From: Sphyrna mokarran
Taxonomy: Eukaryota
Assembly (NCBI GenBank): GCA_024679065.1
Contig: JAGIQG010000013.1
Span: 41,230,001 to 41,294,000, forward strand
DNA: 64,000 nt
Direction of reading: 5' to 3'
The position numbers were made by a program, and so were the translations under genes. A model generated the notes under the pieces. It was not told where the DNA came from and searched no databases. It saw nothing but the letters and a program-made list of their open reading frames with translations. Positions within the stretch are counted from its first letter, which is position 1; every line of letters begins with the position of its first letter. Positions 11,465-25,190 of this stretch are shown piece by piece.

Positions 11465-13129
11465 AAGGTGAAATGGTTCACATTGTAATTTCCATTTCTA
11501 TACTATTGCCAACAGACCTGTAATATTTCCCACATATGTAGAAAGCAATAAGTGGAAGAGCATACAGGAGTCATAAAGAGAAAGGAAACAATTGCACATT
11601 AATACGGAGAATCAACTAACTCATGCAATTTTTGCAAACCTCTGCACATTTCCAGAGCACAGTGAATATTGGATGGCTGCCAAAGCCATCTCACCTACCA
11701 ACATACGTCACGTATCATAAATGTAGATCAGTAACAGATTGTAATGTAAATTCAGTATATAATGACCACATCATACTAACCGCTGAGAATTTGCGAAACA
11801 AAAGGATATAAGAATTGAAATTAACCTTTAGATAAAAACACTTACTTTGCAATTTCATAAAACACATCTATTTGTCTTCAATTGCAGGTAAACATCTATT
11901 CAATTGTAACTCTGAAATGATGCATTTCAGTTTTATAACAGTGTAATCAATTTGGAGGATTGGCTCCTAAGGTAATGTCTGGCTAATAGAACCTTGGTTT
12001 TACCAAATACGATGTTACTTAATGGCTTATTTCCAAATAATGCAATTAATGCAATAATCCAAATAATTCCCTGACAATCCTTAGCCCATATAGAATTTGA
12101 AAGTAAGACAAAATATTGAAATATTTGGTTTGCTATGTCACTGTAATAATTTCTGATTTCCACATTGAACCTAATTAGTAAAAGGGTGCAATTTTCTGTG
12201 GGGCCCCACAGAGAAATTGCAGCACTTGGCTGCCTACAACGCTTAGATTAAAAAAATTACTGATTGTAGTCTGATATATGTACCATGACATTTTAAATAC
12301 TGACTTATTTGTACAATATATAGTTTAATTATGTGATATCATAATGAATATTATTCCTCCCTCTGACAAAGCCAGTTTCTTTTTTGGAACACCCCTGCCA
12401 CAACATAACGAAATTATTGCTCAATTTTTTTTTAGATGAAGTAACTTGCTTGATCTTTGAATTTGATTTACTAACCAAGTAAAATCTGTTCAGTGGCAAA
12501 TCAACTAAAATCTATATAGTGGCAAATTAATTAAAATCAGTACAGTGAAGACAAGATAAAGGAGTTTGAAGGACACAATTTGGAATTACAGGGAGAATGA
12601 AACCTAACAAACCTTGCATGTAGTCTCTGGCAGTAGTCTCATATAATGTTCAAAGATGATCCACCCAATATATCCCACCCAATGTACTTTGACTAATAGC
12701 TTTGTGGAGATGTAGAAACAGATACACATTAATAAGGGTGTGTTGGTGGTGTTTGACATCTTTTCCATTAAATCTGACCTGTCTGAGATGATACTTGATG
12801 AGCTAATGCAAAATGAGATACTCCCTTTTTTATAATGCAACCTTAAATGTAAACAAGGCACAGTGCTGATGATAAGGAATAACAAAATTCAATATAAGTA
12901 GTTACTTTGGTCACAAATGCTTTTGCTATTGTAGGTGCTTCTCACATACAAGAATAGTCAGGGAGGGCATGAAGCTGAGAGAAACCAGAGAAAGACATGA
13001 ATTTAGGGTCAAAACTGATAAGAATTGAACAGCAGGTTTGGCTTTCTGGGCCAGGAGGGTGGCAGCATTTGCTTGTTAGGTTTTGCTATACTAAATGTGT
13101 TACGTAAAATACAAGTTATTAGTGTAAAA

Positions 13130-13450
13130 TGGACATGCAGAAGGAGTAGGCCATTCAGCTCCTCGAGCCTGCTCCATCATTTAATAAGATTATGGCTGAT
13201 CTGATAGTAATCACAAATCTACATCCCACCTACCCCCAATAACCTACTGTATCCTAGTTTACCAAAAATCTATCCACATCTGCCTTAAAAAAAATTCCAA
13301 GACTCTGTTTCCAGCACTTTGTCAGGAAAAGTTCCAAAAATTGTCAACCCTTGGAGAATTTGTTTGCCTCATTTCCATTTGAAATTGGTGACCCTGATCC
13401 CTCATTTTTAAGCAGTGAGCTCTAATTTTAGATTCTCCGACAAGGGAGAT
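13130..13450 (-). mobile_element. CR1 LINE 3' fragment
   Basis: ggagtaggccattcagctcctcgagcctgctcc...atggctgatct is the reverse complement of the CR1 3' UTR seen at 46150-46235 and 63540-63625. Confidence 0.75.
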
Positions 13451-13499
13451 TGTGTTGATGATGGTGTTGCAAACATAATTCAGTAGATGATCTCAGTGA

Positions 13500-13960
13500 T
13501 GTTCATAAGAAAGCCCATGAATTCCTTAGATGTTATTGGAGTAAAAAGTGGTGGGGACAGGTAGTGCGGTTATAAGGAATCAATTGGCCATCGAAAGAAC
13601 CCAACAGTCAACAAAAAGGGCTTTAGGACCTTGGGTGGTGAAAGATGACCTTGCGTGGGATTGAGCCAATGAATGTAGTGAAGCCACATAAGCTGACAAT
13701 GTTGTAAGGCTGACCGTGAATATAGCTATTAGAGTTGAGTGTTCGGAAATAAGAGAGGAGTGCAAGTGGAGAAAGGGAAATCAGAGGGAAGGTTAGGTAA
13801 GTTGAAGTGGGGGTTGTTATCATCAAGGATGAACAGACCAATGCAGGAAAATAGGAAGCATATGAAGGAGAAACTAAAGACAGGTCTTTGGGTGGGAAAG
13901 GTGAAGATTAAATGATTTTAACTAGACAGTCATTGAATAAGGTGAGGTGTATGAAGGAGA
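13500..13960 (-). mobile_element. Highly decayed L2-like LINE RT fragment
   Basis: Minus strand shows faint remnants of the RT PQG region (ccaaggtcctaaagcccttttt) and the upstream DLSAAFDT region, with many frameshifts. Confidence 0.4.
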
Positions 13961-14549
13961 AGATGCTCTGTGCACGAATAATTTTCATCCATTAAACTAT
14001 AGCTGAGTAATGAAAATTCTGCAATATATCAGTATACATGAAATAAGTACTTTCGATGACCTTACAAAGCAGCAACACATGATTTTTCACAACACATTGG
14101 TTCTGACATGAACCTTTTCAGCAAATTCTTTTCTTGGTTTTGATGCTTCATCTCCAACCGTGAAAGCAATCCTACTTTTTTATTAAAAAAACAAATCTCT
14201 GACTCACCATTGTCGTTCAAATCAACCAATATTTTACTAAAAATCTTGTTATCTGTATGTTTCTCTTAGTGATTTATAATGGTAAAATTGACACGTTCAC
14301 ATTTATGAAAAATGTCAATATGAACCTGTCACAATAATTAGAATCTCCCTCCAATGAAGGTAATGCAGTTCTGCCACTGCTGGGAGAATTCAATTTCAGC
14401 AAGATTATTTAGTCACTGTACATAGAAACTTATAATGGGAATATTCAAAACAGATGGAATTATGTCTCAATATCCTCAACCAACTATCCTCTAAGCTTTT
14501 ACCTGATGACTATACTTGGATTTATGTACAAAATATCTAATGGAATAAT

Positions 14550-14935
14550 TGATTTTTCATTCATGGGATGTGGAAATCACAGATGAGGACAACATACAAT
14601 GGCCACCTTTAACTGCTTTCAGGAAAATGGTGGTTCTAGCTCCGTGGCATCCTTCTTGGACTTGCGTTTTCCAGTTTGATACAAGGGCCTGGTTGCCGGA
14701 CTACTTAAAGACAGATAACAGTCTACCCACATTGCTGTGTGTCTGGATTCCCACATAACCAGATTGGGCATGGACAGCAGGTTTCCCTTCCACAAGGACA
14801 TTAGTAAACCAACTGTGTTTTTATGGCAACCCAGTAGTTTCATGATCACCATTACTGAGACAAGTTTTTTAGTTCCAGATTTTATTTAATTATCTGAATG
14901 TAAATTGCCCCAGCCGATGTTTTGGGATTTCTATT
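14550..14935 (-). mobile_element. SINE resembling the SlmI/MetaSINE type
   Basis: Minus strand reads ggtttactaatgtccttgtggaagggaaacctgc...ccagacacacagcaatgtgg and ends cacatcccatgaatgaaaaa. Family recalled from motif. A related 3' end lies at 19770-19900. Confidence 0.55.
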
Positions 14936-15719
14936 GTACCAACTGCCACATTTGAGGAAGATCATTTTTCTAATGCCTTAAAGGAAGGAAGCTTTTAAGA
15001 TATTATCATCAGAAAACAAATAACGGCCGAGTTTTTGCCCTTCCTCTATTCGGCTTCCTGTTTTGGAATGGACCTAGAATATTACAGCGCAGTACAGACC
15101 CTTTGGCCCTCAATGTTGCACCGAGCAGTAACAAGGAAAGAAATGAATGCAGGCAGATGAAACATTTACTTCTGTGGAATTGTAACATTTCAAGAGTTAA
15201 TCATTGTTTTCACTTATTTCAGAGCAATTCTTTTCTATTCTGACAAAGAAACAAAACAAAGACTTGTGGCAAAATAGACACAAAAATACCTTATTCAATT
15301 TATTTGCAGATGTGTTGGACTTTTAGAAACATGGAATGGTTATAGCATAATAACTTAAGAGTAGTAATATATTTAAATATTTCATAATGGAGTAAAACTA
15401 TGGAAAAGCAATATTTTGTAGGAAAAACCAATGTACAATCAACGGTGACAACTATATATGAAACTTAGTTATAGGGGGTGAAAATAGGCTTCAATGATTA
15501 CAGAAAATGGAAATAACTTCAGTGGAAATGACAATTAGTGCATAAAATGGGCTGTCAATTCACGACAGCTGAAGACCACTTGAGTCCAAGGTACCTAAAG
15601 TAACTTCTTCCTACTGATGGAGAGTACATTTTTCATAATACAACTGTATTCATCTGGTTTGGTTAAAGAGAGGGAGAGAAGCCTTAAGAGGAAAATATAA
15701 AAGGAAAAGCAATAGGAAA

Positions 15720-16110
15720 GGAATTTTTATTTATTAATGCCTTTTACATGCTATATCCCAAAGTATTTTAGTCAACTGAAGTACTTTTGTACACCAACTG
15801 TAATGGGAGGAAATGCAGCAGCTTGATGCATACATCAAACTCTCATAAATCGCAGTGGAGCAAATTACCAGATACTCTGATCTTTAACATGATGGTTGAG
15901 AGATAAGTATTAGCTAAGATTCTGGAAGAACTCCCTTCAAATTATGTTGTGTAATTTTTTAATGTTTGAGGAGATCTCATTTAACAATCCAAAAGATCTG
16001 ATATTGCCACTTGTTCATTCTGTATTGTACTGCAATTCCAGAGTGAAGCCTGAACACAGGATGCTATGACTCAGAAACAAGAATGCACTACCATTATGCT
16101 AAACTGACAT
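15720..16110 (-). mobile_element. Decayed DeuSINE (SacSINE1-like)
   Basis: Minus strand has a tRNA-like head (tgtcagtttagcataatggtagtgc...ctgagtcatagcatcctgtgttcagg), a Deu-domain-like ttggattgttaaatgag and an L2-type tail (tttgggatatagc...aaggcattaataaat). Confidence 0.55.
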
Positions 16111-17529
16111 TGTTGGTGACAGGCTCAGCTAGATTTGTAGACCTGACCCCACTGACATAAGCAATAATATCATCTTTATCTCATATTGTAAAATGATTTT
16201 CTAATTTGGAAATATCTGTAGTATTTGCAAAAAAATTTGAAGCTTCCAAATGTTTAGGTGGTTCGTTTCAGCTGTTACAAATGAAGCAATCTTGCTACCA
16301 ACATATCAGACATTTGCAGGAGGTAATGGAAGGTGGAAACAAAACTGCACCTGTTATTGGACAAATTTACACTAGAGTGCTACATTACAAATCAATGACA
16401 CAATTAATAAACAGTGCCGTGCTAAATTCCAAACGGATACTCATCTAGAATAATGTCCTACACAGTGAAAGACATCCTTTTGCTTTCCAGAACCGTGGAC
16501 TGCCTTCACACGTATGTCTACAGATGTATAATACAAGCTTCAAAAACTAGATGTTATTGCAAGTCATGACCAAATAAAAAAGTAGTGATGGCTGCCGGTA
16601 GTCACCTTTTCCCCAACACAGGTAAAAAAAATGTTTTTGTACAATATAGCAGAACATTTGCTCTGAGAAGGGATATGGGGAGAGGGATATTCAATATAAT
16701 GTATGCTTACCCTTCTCATACTTGCATTTTAAACTTGTTTAAGATTTGATCTACCCATTGAACAGCCTCCCTTGATATTGTTGCAGGGTGACCAATTCTC
16801 ATGGAAAGAATGAAAGTACAGCCTATCTTGGGGCACTGGGTGAATTAGGGAAGGGGAGTGCTAATTAGATGCCTGAGTTGGCATGGGGTGGGGAAAAATT
16901 TCCCATAGCTGGATTTCCTGTGGGATCTTCCTTTGTTACCCACCATGGTGGATTGTGAAACCTCACTGGTGAGCAGTATGAAACTGATTTGCATCCCTAA
17001 TGAGATGTTGATGAAGGTCCAACAAGAATCTCCCCCCACCTCACCCCTGCCATTTTTTCTGTGATTTTAGCAGGAAAACACGATCCAGAACACATCTGGA
17101 ACAATGTGGTAGGTAGAAGTTGGGACTTACCTGAAGAATGCCTATGACTGCTTCTGGAATTTGGGATGGAAGCTTCCAGTGACCCTGGAAGACATCAGCA
17201 GTGAATGGAGAGGGTTGGGGGGCGGAGGGGGAACGACATCTCTCAAGCAGAAGTTCCAGCCTCAGTGTCATCAAGGAGTCCTTTCTGCAACATTGGATCA
17301 GTGATGCTGGGTACCTTTTCAATGTGACACCCAGATATGATGGTGGGACATGCGCAATCTAGCCTGCCTCATTATGGAATACAGTGTCAAACACTCAGAT
17401 GCATAATTAATGAGTTCAGAGCAAGGAGATATCATATGGTTCCCTGTCAGCCTCGACAGTGGGAACACTCCTTATCCTCACCTCTATGGTGGGACTTAAT
17501 CACAAATGGGAGAATTCTGCCCAAAGCAT

Positions 17530-19545
17530 TTGTTTAGTTCCTCTGCATTTCCTTATTCTCCATTATTTGCCTATATCGCTTCCACATTTGTCTTCGCTAA
17601 TTTTTTCCTTTATACATAACTACAGAATTTTTTACAGTCCATTTTAACATTTTTCATTCTTGTATTTGCTAATATATTCTATTTTTTCTTTTTGTCAATT
17701 TTTTGTCCTCTTTTGTGAAATCTAAAATATTCCTAATCTTTAGGCTTACCTTTTTTGGCAACTTTACAAACCTCGTCTTTTGATCTAATACCATCTTTAA
17801 CTTCTGTGCAGTATGATTGGATCATCTTTCCTGCTCAGTTTGTGTGCCTCAAAAGAATGTAACATTGTTGTAAACCATGTATTAATTCTTAAAATCCAAA
17901 CTGTTGCCTGTTCTATCATCATACCCTTCAAAGCAGTTTCCCAAACTACCACAGCCAATTTGCCCCTCATACATTTTAGTTTCTTTTGTTTAGAGTTAAG
18001 ATCCTGGTTTCAGATTCAAACTTAATAAAATTCCATCATATAATGTTCACTCTTCCCTAGAAGCTCGTCTACAATTATATCATTAATTTGCCCGTTCTCA
18101 TTGCACAATTTTAGATCAAAAAAGCATATTTGAGTTGTTTCCTCAACATAGACTAATCCAGATGTCTATGTCATATACATTGCAGAATTTGTCCTACACA
18201 GTATTAATGCTAATTAAGTGTACCCAATCTGTATATAGATTGAACTCCTTCATAATTATTGCATTACCCTTGTTAGATATCTGATTTTTGAATTCTTGAT
18301 TCATACCATGCCTTATATCACCACCGCTGTTTGGCTTACAAACTACTTCAATCAATGTTTACTGCCTCTAGTTGTTTCTTAGAGCCACCCAAACTGATTC
18401 TAAATCTTATGACCGAAGTTCCTCTCACTAACATACTGCTATCTTTTATAAACAGCACTATCCCATCTTCTTTTTGCCTATCATTCCTAAATTTTGAAAA
18501 CCTTTGAACATTTAGTTCCTAGCCTTGGTCGTCTTGAAGTACAACCATAATAGCAATTAGAAAAGGCCTTTTACTTCTATTTGCACCATCACTTCATCTA
18601 TCTTGTTGCAAATGTCGAGTGCCTTTAATTCTGTTTTTTATTGTTTAGCAACCTCTAGACTTATCTACCAGTTCAGTTCATTCTTACTTTTTGTATGCTG
18701 TGTTCCTCCCTGACACACTTAGATTATCAATTGCCATATTGCTACTTTGTTCTTTTGTATTGTCCTCTATTTATCACATATTCCCTAACTTGATTCCTCA
18801 ATCTACTATTTAGTTTAAAGCTCTCCCTACTGCTCAGTTACATGACATGCCAGAACACTGGTCCAGTTGGTTCAGGTGAAAACTGTCCCAGTACAGCTCC
18901 CATTTCTCCCTGTACAGGTGTCCCAAACCAGTCTTTGAGCTACACATTTAACACTAATCTTTTCATCTTTTATTTGTTAATGGCTCCAGTTATAATCCAA
19001 AGATAACAACCTTTTAATTCTGCTCTTTAACTCATAGTTGCTTATAATATCTAAGTAGAATCTCTTTCCTAATCCAAAGTCATTGGTACCCATGTGTATC
19101 ATGACAACTGATATTCCCCTCCCACTTGCAATTGGCTATTCCAGCTCAAAATAGATATCCTGATCCTTTGGCATGAGGCAGGCAACACACACTTCCGGGC
19201 TTTTGCTCCCAGCTGCAGAGAACTGTGTCTATCTTAACTATACCATTTGCTATTATCACAACACTTCCATTAATTCCCTCCACTTGAATGGCTTCCTATA
19301 CTATGGTGCCACAATCTGTTTGTTCATTCCCTCTGTAGCCACTGCTTTCATCCATATATGCTGCAAAAACCTCAAACATATTGGACAATTGTAAGAACGG
19401 AGACTCTTCCATTTCTATCTTTCCGAACTGCCTCGCTCACAGTCACACCCTCCCATCTCTGATCATGGACCAAATAAGATGTCACTATCCCAAGGGATGT
19501 GACGGTCTCCTGGAGCAAAATGTCCAGGTAAACTTTTCCCCTCCC
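17530..19545 (-). mobile_element. Old CR1 LINE 5' part: ORF1 SGNH-esterase domain plus the start of ORF2
   Basis: Minus-strand remnants VCCLPHA (~19170-19192), VVMIHMGTND (~19078-19108) and ELYWDSFHLN (~18870-18902) match the CR1 ORF1 esterase motifs VCCLPGA, VHVGTND and DGLHLN. Confidence 0.75.
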
Positions 19546-19549
19546 TGAT

Positions 19550-19705
19550 ATCCAAAGACGTGATTAGGTGGATTGGCTATGCTAAATTGTCCCTTAGTAT
19601 CAAGGGGACTAGTTAGGGTTACAGGGATAGGGTCAGGATCAGATTGTGGTCAGTCCAGACTTGATGAATTGAATGGCCTCTTTCTGCACTATAGAATTCT
19701 GTGTG
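19550..19705 (+). mobile_element. HE1-type SINE 3' half
   Basis: tccaaagacgtgattaggtggattggctatgctaaattgtcccttag ... gaatggcctctttctgcactatagaattct. Confidence 0.75.
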
Positions 19706-20509
19706 TCACAGTGTCTGTAGCATAGCCTCAGGGTGAATGACTAAGCTGAAGTTCCTCAAGCTGTAGGCACTTTTTAAAAATTTGCTGAGAGCACATGGGC
19801 ATTGCTGGCTAGGCCAGCGATTATTCCCCATCCCTACTTGCCTTTCAGAAGGTGGTGCTGAGTTGCTTTTTTGTACTACTATAGTTCCCAAGGTGTAATA
19901 CATCCTCAGTGTTCCTTTGGAGCAAGTGAATTTTTGTGGATGAGCAGCCATTTGTGCCCTACATCACATAAAAGTGTGCACGAGCTTCCAGATTCTGCAG
20001 CTACAACATATCAACTGCCTGGCCATCTTTAGAGTGTTTAGATAATTATTTTGCTGATTAAGTTTTAATTGATGTCTTTAATTTTGCCTGTGCTTACATT
20101 TGCATTATATCAATAAATATGCTATTGAATCCGATTGAAATTCCCTAGTGAAGATAAATAGGGATTACACACCAGCCAATCTAATAAGCTTTACTAATGT
20201 TAGTAAACTTTACTACTAATAAAATCCGATGACTAAAATTACCTGAGTTATGAAAGGTAAATGAGAAAAACACTCATCAACTATCTGTTTTCCTGTAAGA
20301 CCACGCTGATATTTTGCTCAGATTGCATTCAGTCTGTTCAGGAGCCATGGATTGAATGCAATAGATTTTTTCAAAGTTGCTGCTGTCTCCCTTCAGGTTC
20401 TCCCCTCTCCCACTCTTAACCAAAAACTGCAAGTTTAAGTATAATAATATGACATCTACTTCAGTTAATCTTTTCAACTTCATTTCTTTTTGCCCTCAAA
20501 CCTTTCCCA

Positions 20510-20990
20510 TTGCATTAGGGGAGATGTAGAGGAGATTCACCAGGATGCTGCCTGGAATGGTACATCAAAGTTATGAAGAAAGGTTGGGTAGATTTGGATT
20601 TTTTTCATTGGAGCAGAGAAGACCGAAGGGTGACCTGATAAAGGTGTACAAGACTATGAGGGACATGGACAGAGTGGATAAGGAGCAGCTATTTCCCTTA
20701 GTTGAAGGGTCAGTCACAAAGGGACATAGGTTCAAGGTGACAGACAAGAGGTTTGTTGGGAGTGGAATGTGAGAAAAAATTTTACCCAGAGGGCGGTGAC
20801 AATCTGGAATGCAGTGCCAGGGAGGGTGGTAGAGGTAGGTCGCCTAGATGAGCACTTGGCACATTATAACATTCAGGGCTGTGGGCCAAGTACTGACAGA
20901 TGGGATTAGGTGGGAGTTTGGGTGTTGCTCATGTGTTGATGCAGACTCGATGGGCTGAGGTGCCTCTTCTGCACTGTATAACTCTATAAT
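20510..20990 (+). mobile_element. CR1/HER1-type LINE 3' fragment
   Basis: ORF 20545..20772 SYEERLGRFGFFSLEQRRPKGDLIKVYKTMRDMDRVD...GHRFKV is the CR1 ORF2 C-terminus. Tail gcagactcgatgggctgaggtgcctcttctgcactgta. Confidence 0.9.
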
Positions 20991-23226
20991 TCGTTGGATG
21001 ATCTCTGTAATGCTATGTATAAGTGAATACACATGTAATTGGAAGTGAATGGGAAGTCCTTTAGCAATGGATACAAAAGGTTTTGCTTCAATCATTCAGT
21101 AGCCTCCAATTTCACTTCATCTCGAAACCTGATGTGCAGTACTCTGGGTGATCAAACAGTAATATATATTCAAAATCTGCGTACAATTTCTGCTTAAAAA
21201 AATCTTGATTTATCTTCTCGATTATTCCTACTGTAGGTTCCTTTGGGACAGCTAATAATAAAAGCTTCCTATGTAAACATATCACATTGCAATTCTCTTC
21301 TCACCAATCACGGTATCTAGCACCTGAATTATGTTTCTCTTAGCCATCTGCTAGTACTGCAGGAAACTCATACTCCAAATCAAGCAGATTCCTCTCTACC
21401 AAACTGCCACAATTTTTGCAATGCAAGTACAAGCAAAATCAAAATATTGTATAAAATACAGTCAGAAATATAACTTTAAAATAGGACTGAAATACATTTG
21501 TGCACCCTGGTCTAATTATCCTTCGATTCCTAACCCATTTTCTCTGCCTTACTGCCCATATGCAATACATTGTAAGTTCAATAATGTACCTTTGTACATT
21601 GATTATTGAAGAACAACATGGACAAAGATTGCATTGTTTAAGAAGAAAAAATATTAAATCATGTAAAATAAAATTTAGGCGTGGACTCACTTATGGATTG
21701 TTCTGCATTCTTGAAATGAATGATGCATTCACTGAGAGTTAAAGTTGCAGAAAGGAAACCTAACTTTGTTTAATAGGCAGGTCAGCTAAGAATGTGTAAA
21801 CATGAAGAATATGTTCTTGGATAGAGGGAGCTGAAATACAGCTTTTTACATGGCTTTGATCCTTTGGGAAAAGGTTCAAATGCAGGAGGTAGAAAGTGCA
21901 AATGGTCCTAAATGATGAATTGTTTAACAAGTTAAAGTTCTATAGGTAGGTGTTGATTTTCAGTTGTTCCTAGTTCATTTTAATTTACTTCTTCGTGGTT
22001 TTCTGCAGCTCCCAAGTCATGTGGGAAGACAAACTCAATGAGGTGTGGCAGAATAATTGTGTTCATGAAATTTGCCTAGGTTAGAATAAACTTATATATA
22101 GCACGTGGTTCAGTGGCATCAAAGCATACCACAAAAAATGGTGCAGAGACGCACAAAAATGCAGAAATCCCTCCAAGTTACTTATGACAAGTTAGCAGAT
22201 ACATGGTTTTATGATAAGTTAGAAGAATGAACCATGGGAAAAAGTAATGAGGCAAACACAACCTTGAAGAAAAGGTGAGCTCTACGAGCAAGCCTTTTAA
22301 ATAATTACAGATAATACCTAACCAATTAAGTGACTCCTATCCACTAAAACTCAGGCTTTGCTTTAACTATTTGGTTCCAGATTTCATCACAATCTTGATC
22401 AAGATTAGAAACTAAATTCCATCAATGGTGTAAAAGTATCTGTCCTCAACAGCAAAGAGTCATCTTCAATTAATTGACTGTGATAACAAAGAGATTTAGC
22501 AAAACTAAGGTCATTGGAGACAGCTTATGGTTTCAGAGGCCAGTCATCAGAGCATCAGGATATTATCGCATCAGTTAATTGACCTAACTACATTCACCTA
22601 CTCAAATAATTGTCTCTTCACTACAAGCACAGAAGTGCTGATGTTTGCTAATAATTCTATGGTTGAGGTCATTCACGGCTCTTCTGATAATTTCTGCTTT
22701 AGATTAGCAAGCAGTAGTTAACATGTTTATTTCATAAAAGCTAGGTGATGACCAGCTCCAAACAAGAACAGGGTCGACCATCTCCTCCTGAGCTTTAATA
22801 AGGCAACTATCATTGAGTCTCATGAACAGCCAGGTGTCCCTATTAAATTGAAGCTCAAAGGCAAGAAGCTGCCATTTGGTCCATTGTGCCTGTGTCATTT
22901 CTTTGGTCAACTTATCTAATGATTGCCGTTTTCACTGTACCCCTGTCATGTTTCTCCTTGATTATTTATCTGAGGACACAATTTTCCCATAAATGCAGAG
23001 CACTGCCTCAGGCGAGAAAACCAGTGTGAAGCTTACAGGCTGCATAGCTGGCTTTTCTTGCTGCATTGAACAGGACTCTGAAATTTCAAAGGGGAAGTGA
23101 GATCGCAAAGTCTGCTGGAGGAATGGGACATAAGAAATCCAAGATAAGGAAAAGGATGCCCTGACCTTAGAGGGTACTGGCAGAGGGCAATACCTAGGTT
23201 TGTCCATTACTCCTCCAGGGTCTAAA

Positions 23227-23330
23227 TTTACTAATGCATGACCAATCTGGTCATCTTGACTGGTTTTTGTTAATGTAAACCAGTAGTGATTCATGCCAGC
23301 ATAATGTCATTCCAGTTGGATAGGTATTTA
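23227..23330. repeat. Inverted repeat arm A (partner at 24251-24354)
   Basis: The reverse complement aligns ungapped to 24251-24354 with few mismatches. Confidence 0.9.
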
Positions 23331-24250
23331 GGTTGAGGATGGAAGTAATGGCATCAAGCCCATCATTGTACTGTTAATATATGCAAATCAGGTTCATGCC
23401 ATTCTTGGATGTGAATTAGATTAGGTTACTGGCAGAGGTGGTAAGAAGATCTCATTCTGTCTTCCAGTGTTTTTCTCCAGTTCTCCAGAGACTCAGTCAT
23501 GTTTATAACATTCCCACTATATAGCTCATTGTCATCCCAAACCTTTCTAACCGTGGCATTTTATGGTTTGTGAATCAGTTGTTTCTTGATGTCTGTTAGA
23601 TTTGCTAATAACAGAAACTCCTTTGTCTATCCAGGGGTCATCAAGAACAGCCCAGATATTTAAAACTAGACATTGTTGATCTGCATAATCAGCATGTTTT
23701 TGCTACAGCGTAGCTATACAATAGATTTGGCACAATAATTCAGTGTTGCCTTTAATAATAGTTACAGTGACAGATAACATGATTTGTCATTTAGCTGCTG
23801 CAATTGTGTTTAATTATGCAATTCTGAACAAAAACAAAGCTTCTACCAAAGCAAAACAGTTGCTGGGCAACTTGGGTTCTTGTGCTATACTTTGGATACT
23901 TGCATTAACTGAGTTAGTTACATGTTCACATTCATAAAGCAAGTGTTCTTGGAGGAAGATTGCATGATTGCATTCTTCAGTGCAACTTTTGTAAATATAA
24001 AATTAATTACTTTTATCTTCAATTTCTCCATTTTAATTTTGCTAGATTTATTAGCAGAAAATTTTGACCACATTCCAATGGTCACGTTAAGTATGGGTGC
24101 AAATCCCATAATGACTGCTAAACATAAGAAGCCAAAAATGGGATTTACACCAGCAAGATCTCAGAATGCGATCTTCCTTACTGCTCCCGCCAATAACCTA
24201 ATCCAGTGCACATCCAAAAAAAGTATGAGCCTGATTTGCATATAGTGACA

Positions 24251-24354
24251 TAAATACCTACCCAACTGGAATGACATTATGCTGGCATGAATCACTACTG
24301 GTTTACATTAACAAAAACTAATCAAGATGACCGGGCTGGTCATACACTAGTAAA
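24251..24354. repeat. Inverted repeat arm B (partner at 23227-23330)
   Basis: taaatacctacccaactggaatgacattatgctggcatgaatcactactggtttacattaacaaaaac... is the reverse complement of arm A. Confidence 0.9.
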
Positions 24355-24429
24355 CTGTATGAAATGTATCAAATATATGAAGTATGAAGATCAGTATACC
24401 AATGGTCCAATATGCTGAATGTCAATTGG

Positions 24430-25190
24430 AATCTAGGGAAGAGAAACAGACCGAAGGTGTAAAGATTACGGATGAAGATTTGGAGAAAGTGAGACACTTC
24501 AAGTATCTGGGCACAATGGTGACAGAAGATCAAAGGTACAGGATTGAAAAATAAACAACAGATTAACTCTTGTATGAGTAATTGTAAGATAGGTACAGTG
24601 GAGTGTTATGTGATAGAAAGGCACCACTAAAAGTAGGACCCGATTTTACCATTCCACTATGCCCACTTTCGGGCGCAAAGCTTGGTAAAGTCAGGCATGA
24701 GGCAAACAGTGCAATCTGTACCCCACGTCCATACAGATTCTCACTTTACTAATGCCCAAAAATGCCACAATTGGCACCATGCCCGAAATGGGCGCAACGT
24801 CAATTTAAATGCATTTGCCTGTTTAGACATACTCAGCAAATGTTTGTTTCAGACACTCCAGCTTCTGAACAGGTAAGTTCAGAGATTCCGGCGGCTCTCT
24901 AACTCAGATCGGTGGTGCTGGAGGGTGGAGGGTGGGGAGAGTACATCTGAGAAAGCTGCTCAGGACAGACTGAAAACAGTGTGATATCTGTTGCGGAGAG
25001 AGAAGAAATGTGGTGAAATGAGTGGTGGAGATAAAAATGTCAAGAAGATAAGAAGAAAGCCCAAGACTAGTTGGAAGGATGCAATGGCGTCAGGCCTAAA
25101 CACACTGGGATTGGGAGAGGAATGGGTTACTGAGCGAAGATGGGGAAGGATGATCAACACACACTGTGGTAATGCCAATGAAAGAAGTTG
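24430..25190 (+). mobile_element. RTE-clade LINE 3' relic split by an inserted Harbinger-like fragment (24635-24955)
   Basis: EGVKITDEDLEKVRHFKYLGTMVTED and GVLCDRKAPLKV (24453-24635), then RRKPKTSWKDAM...ERRWGRMI (25050-25160), are RTE RT and C-terminal motifs. Confidence 0.75.
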
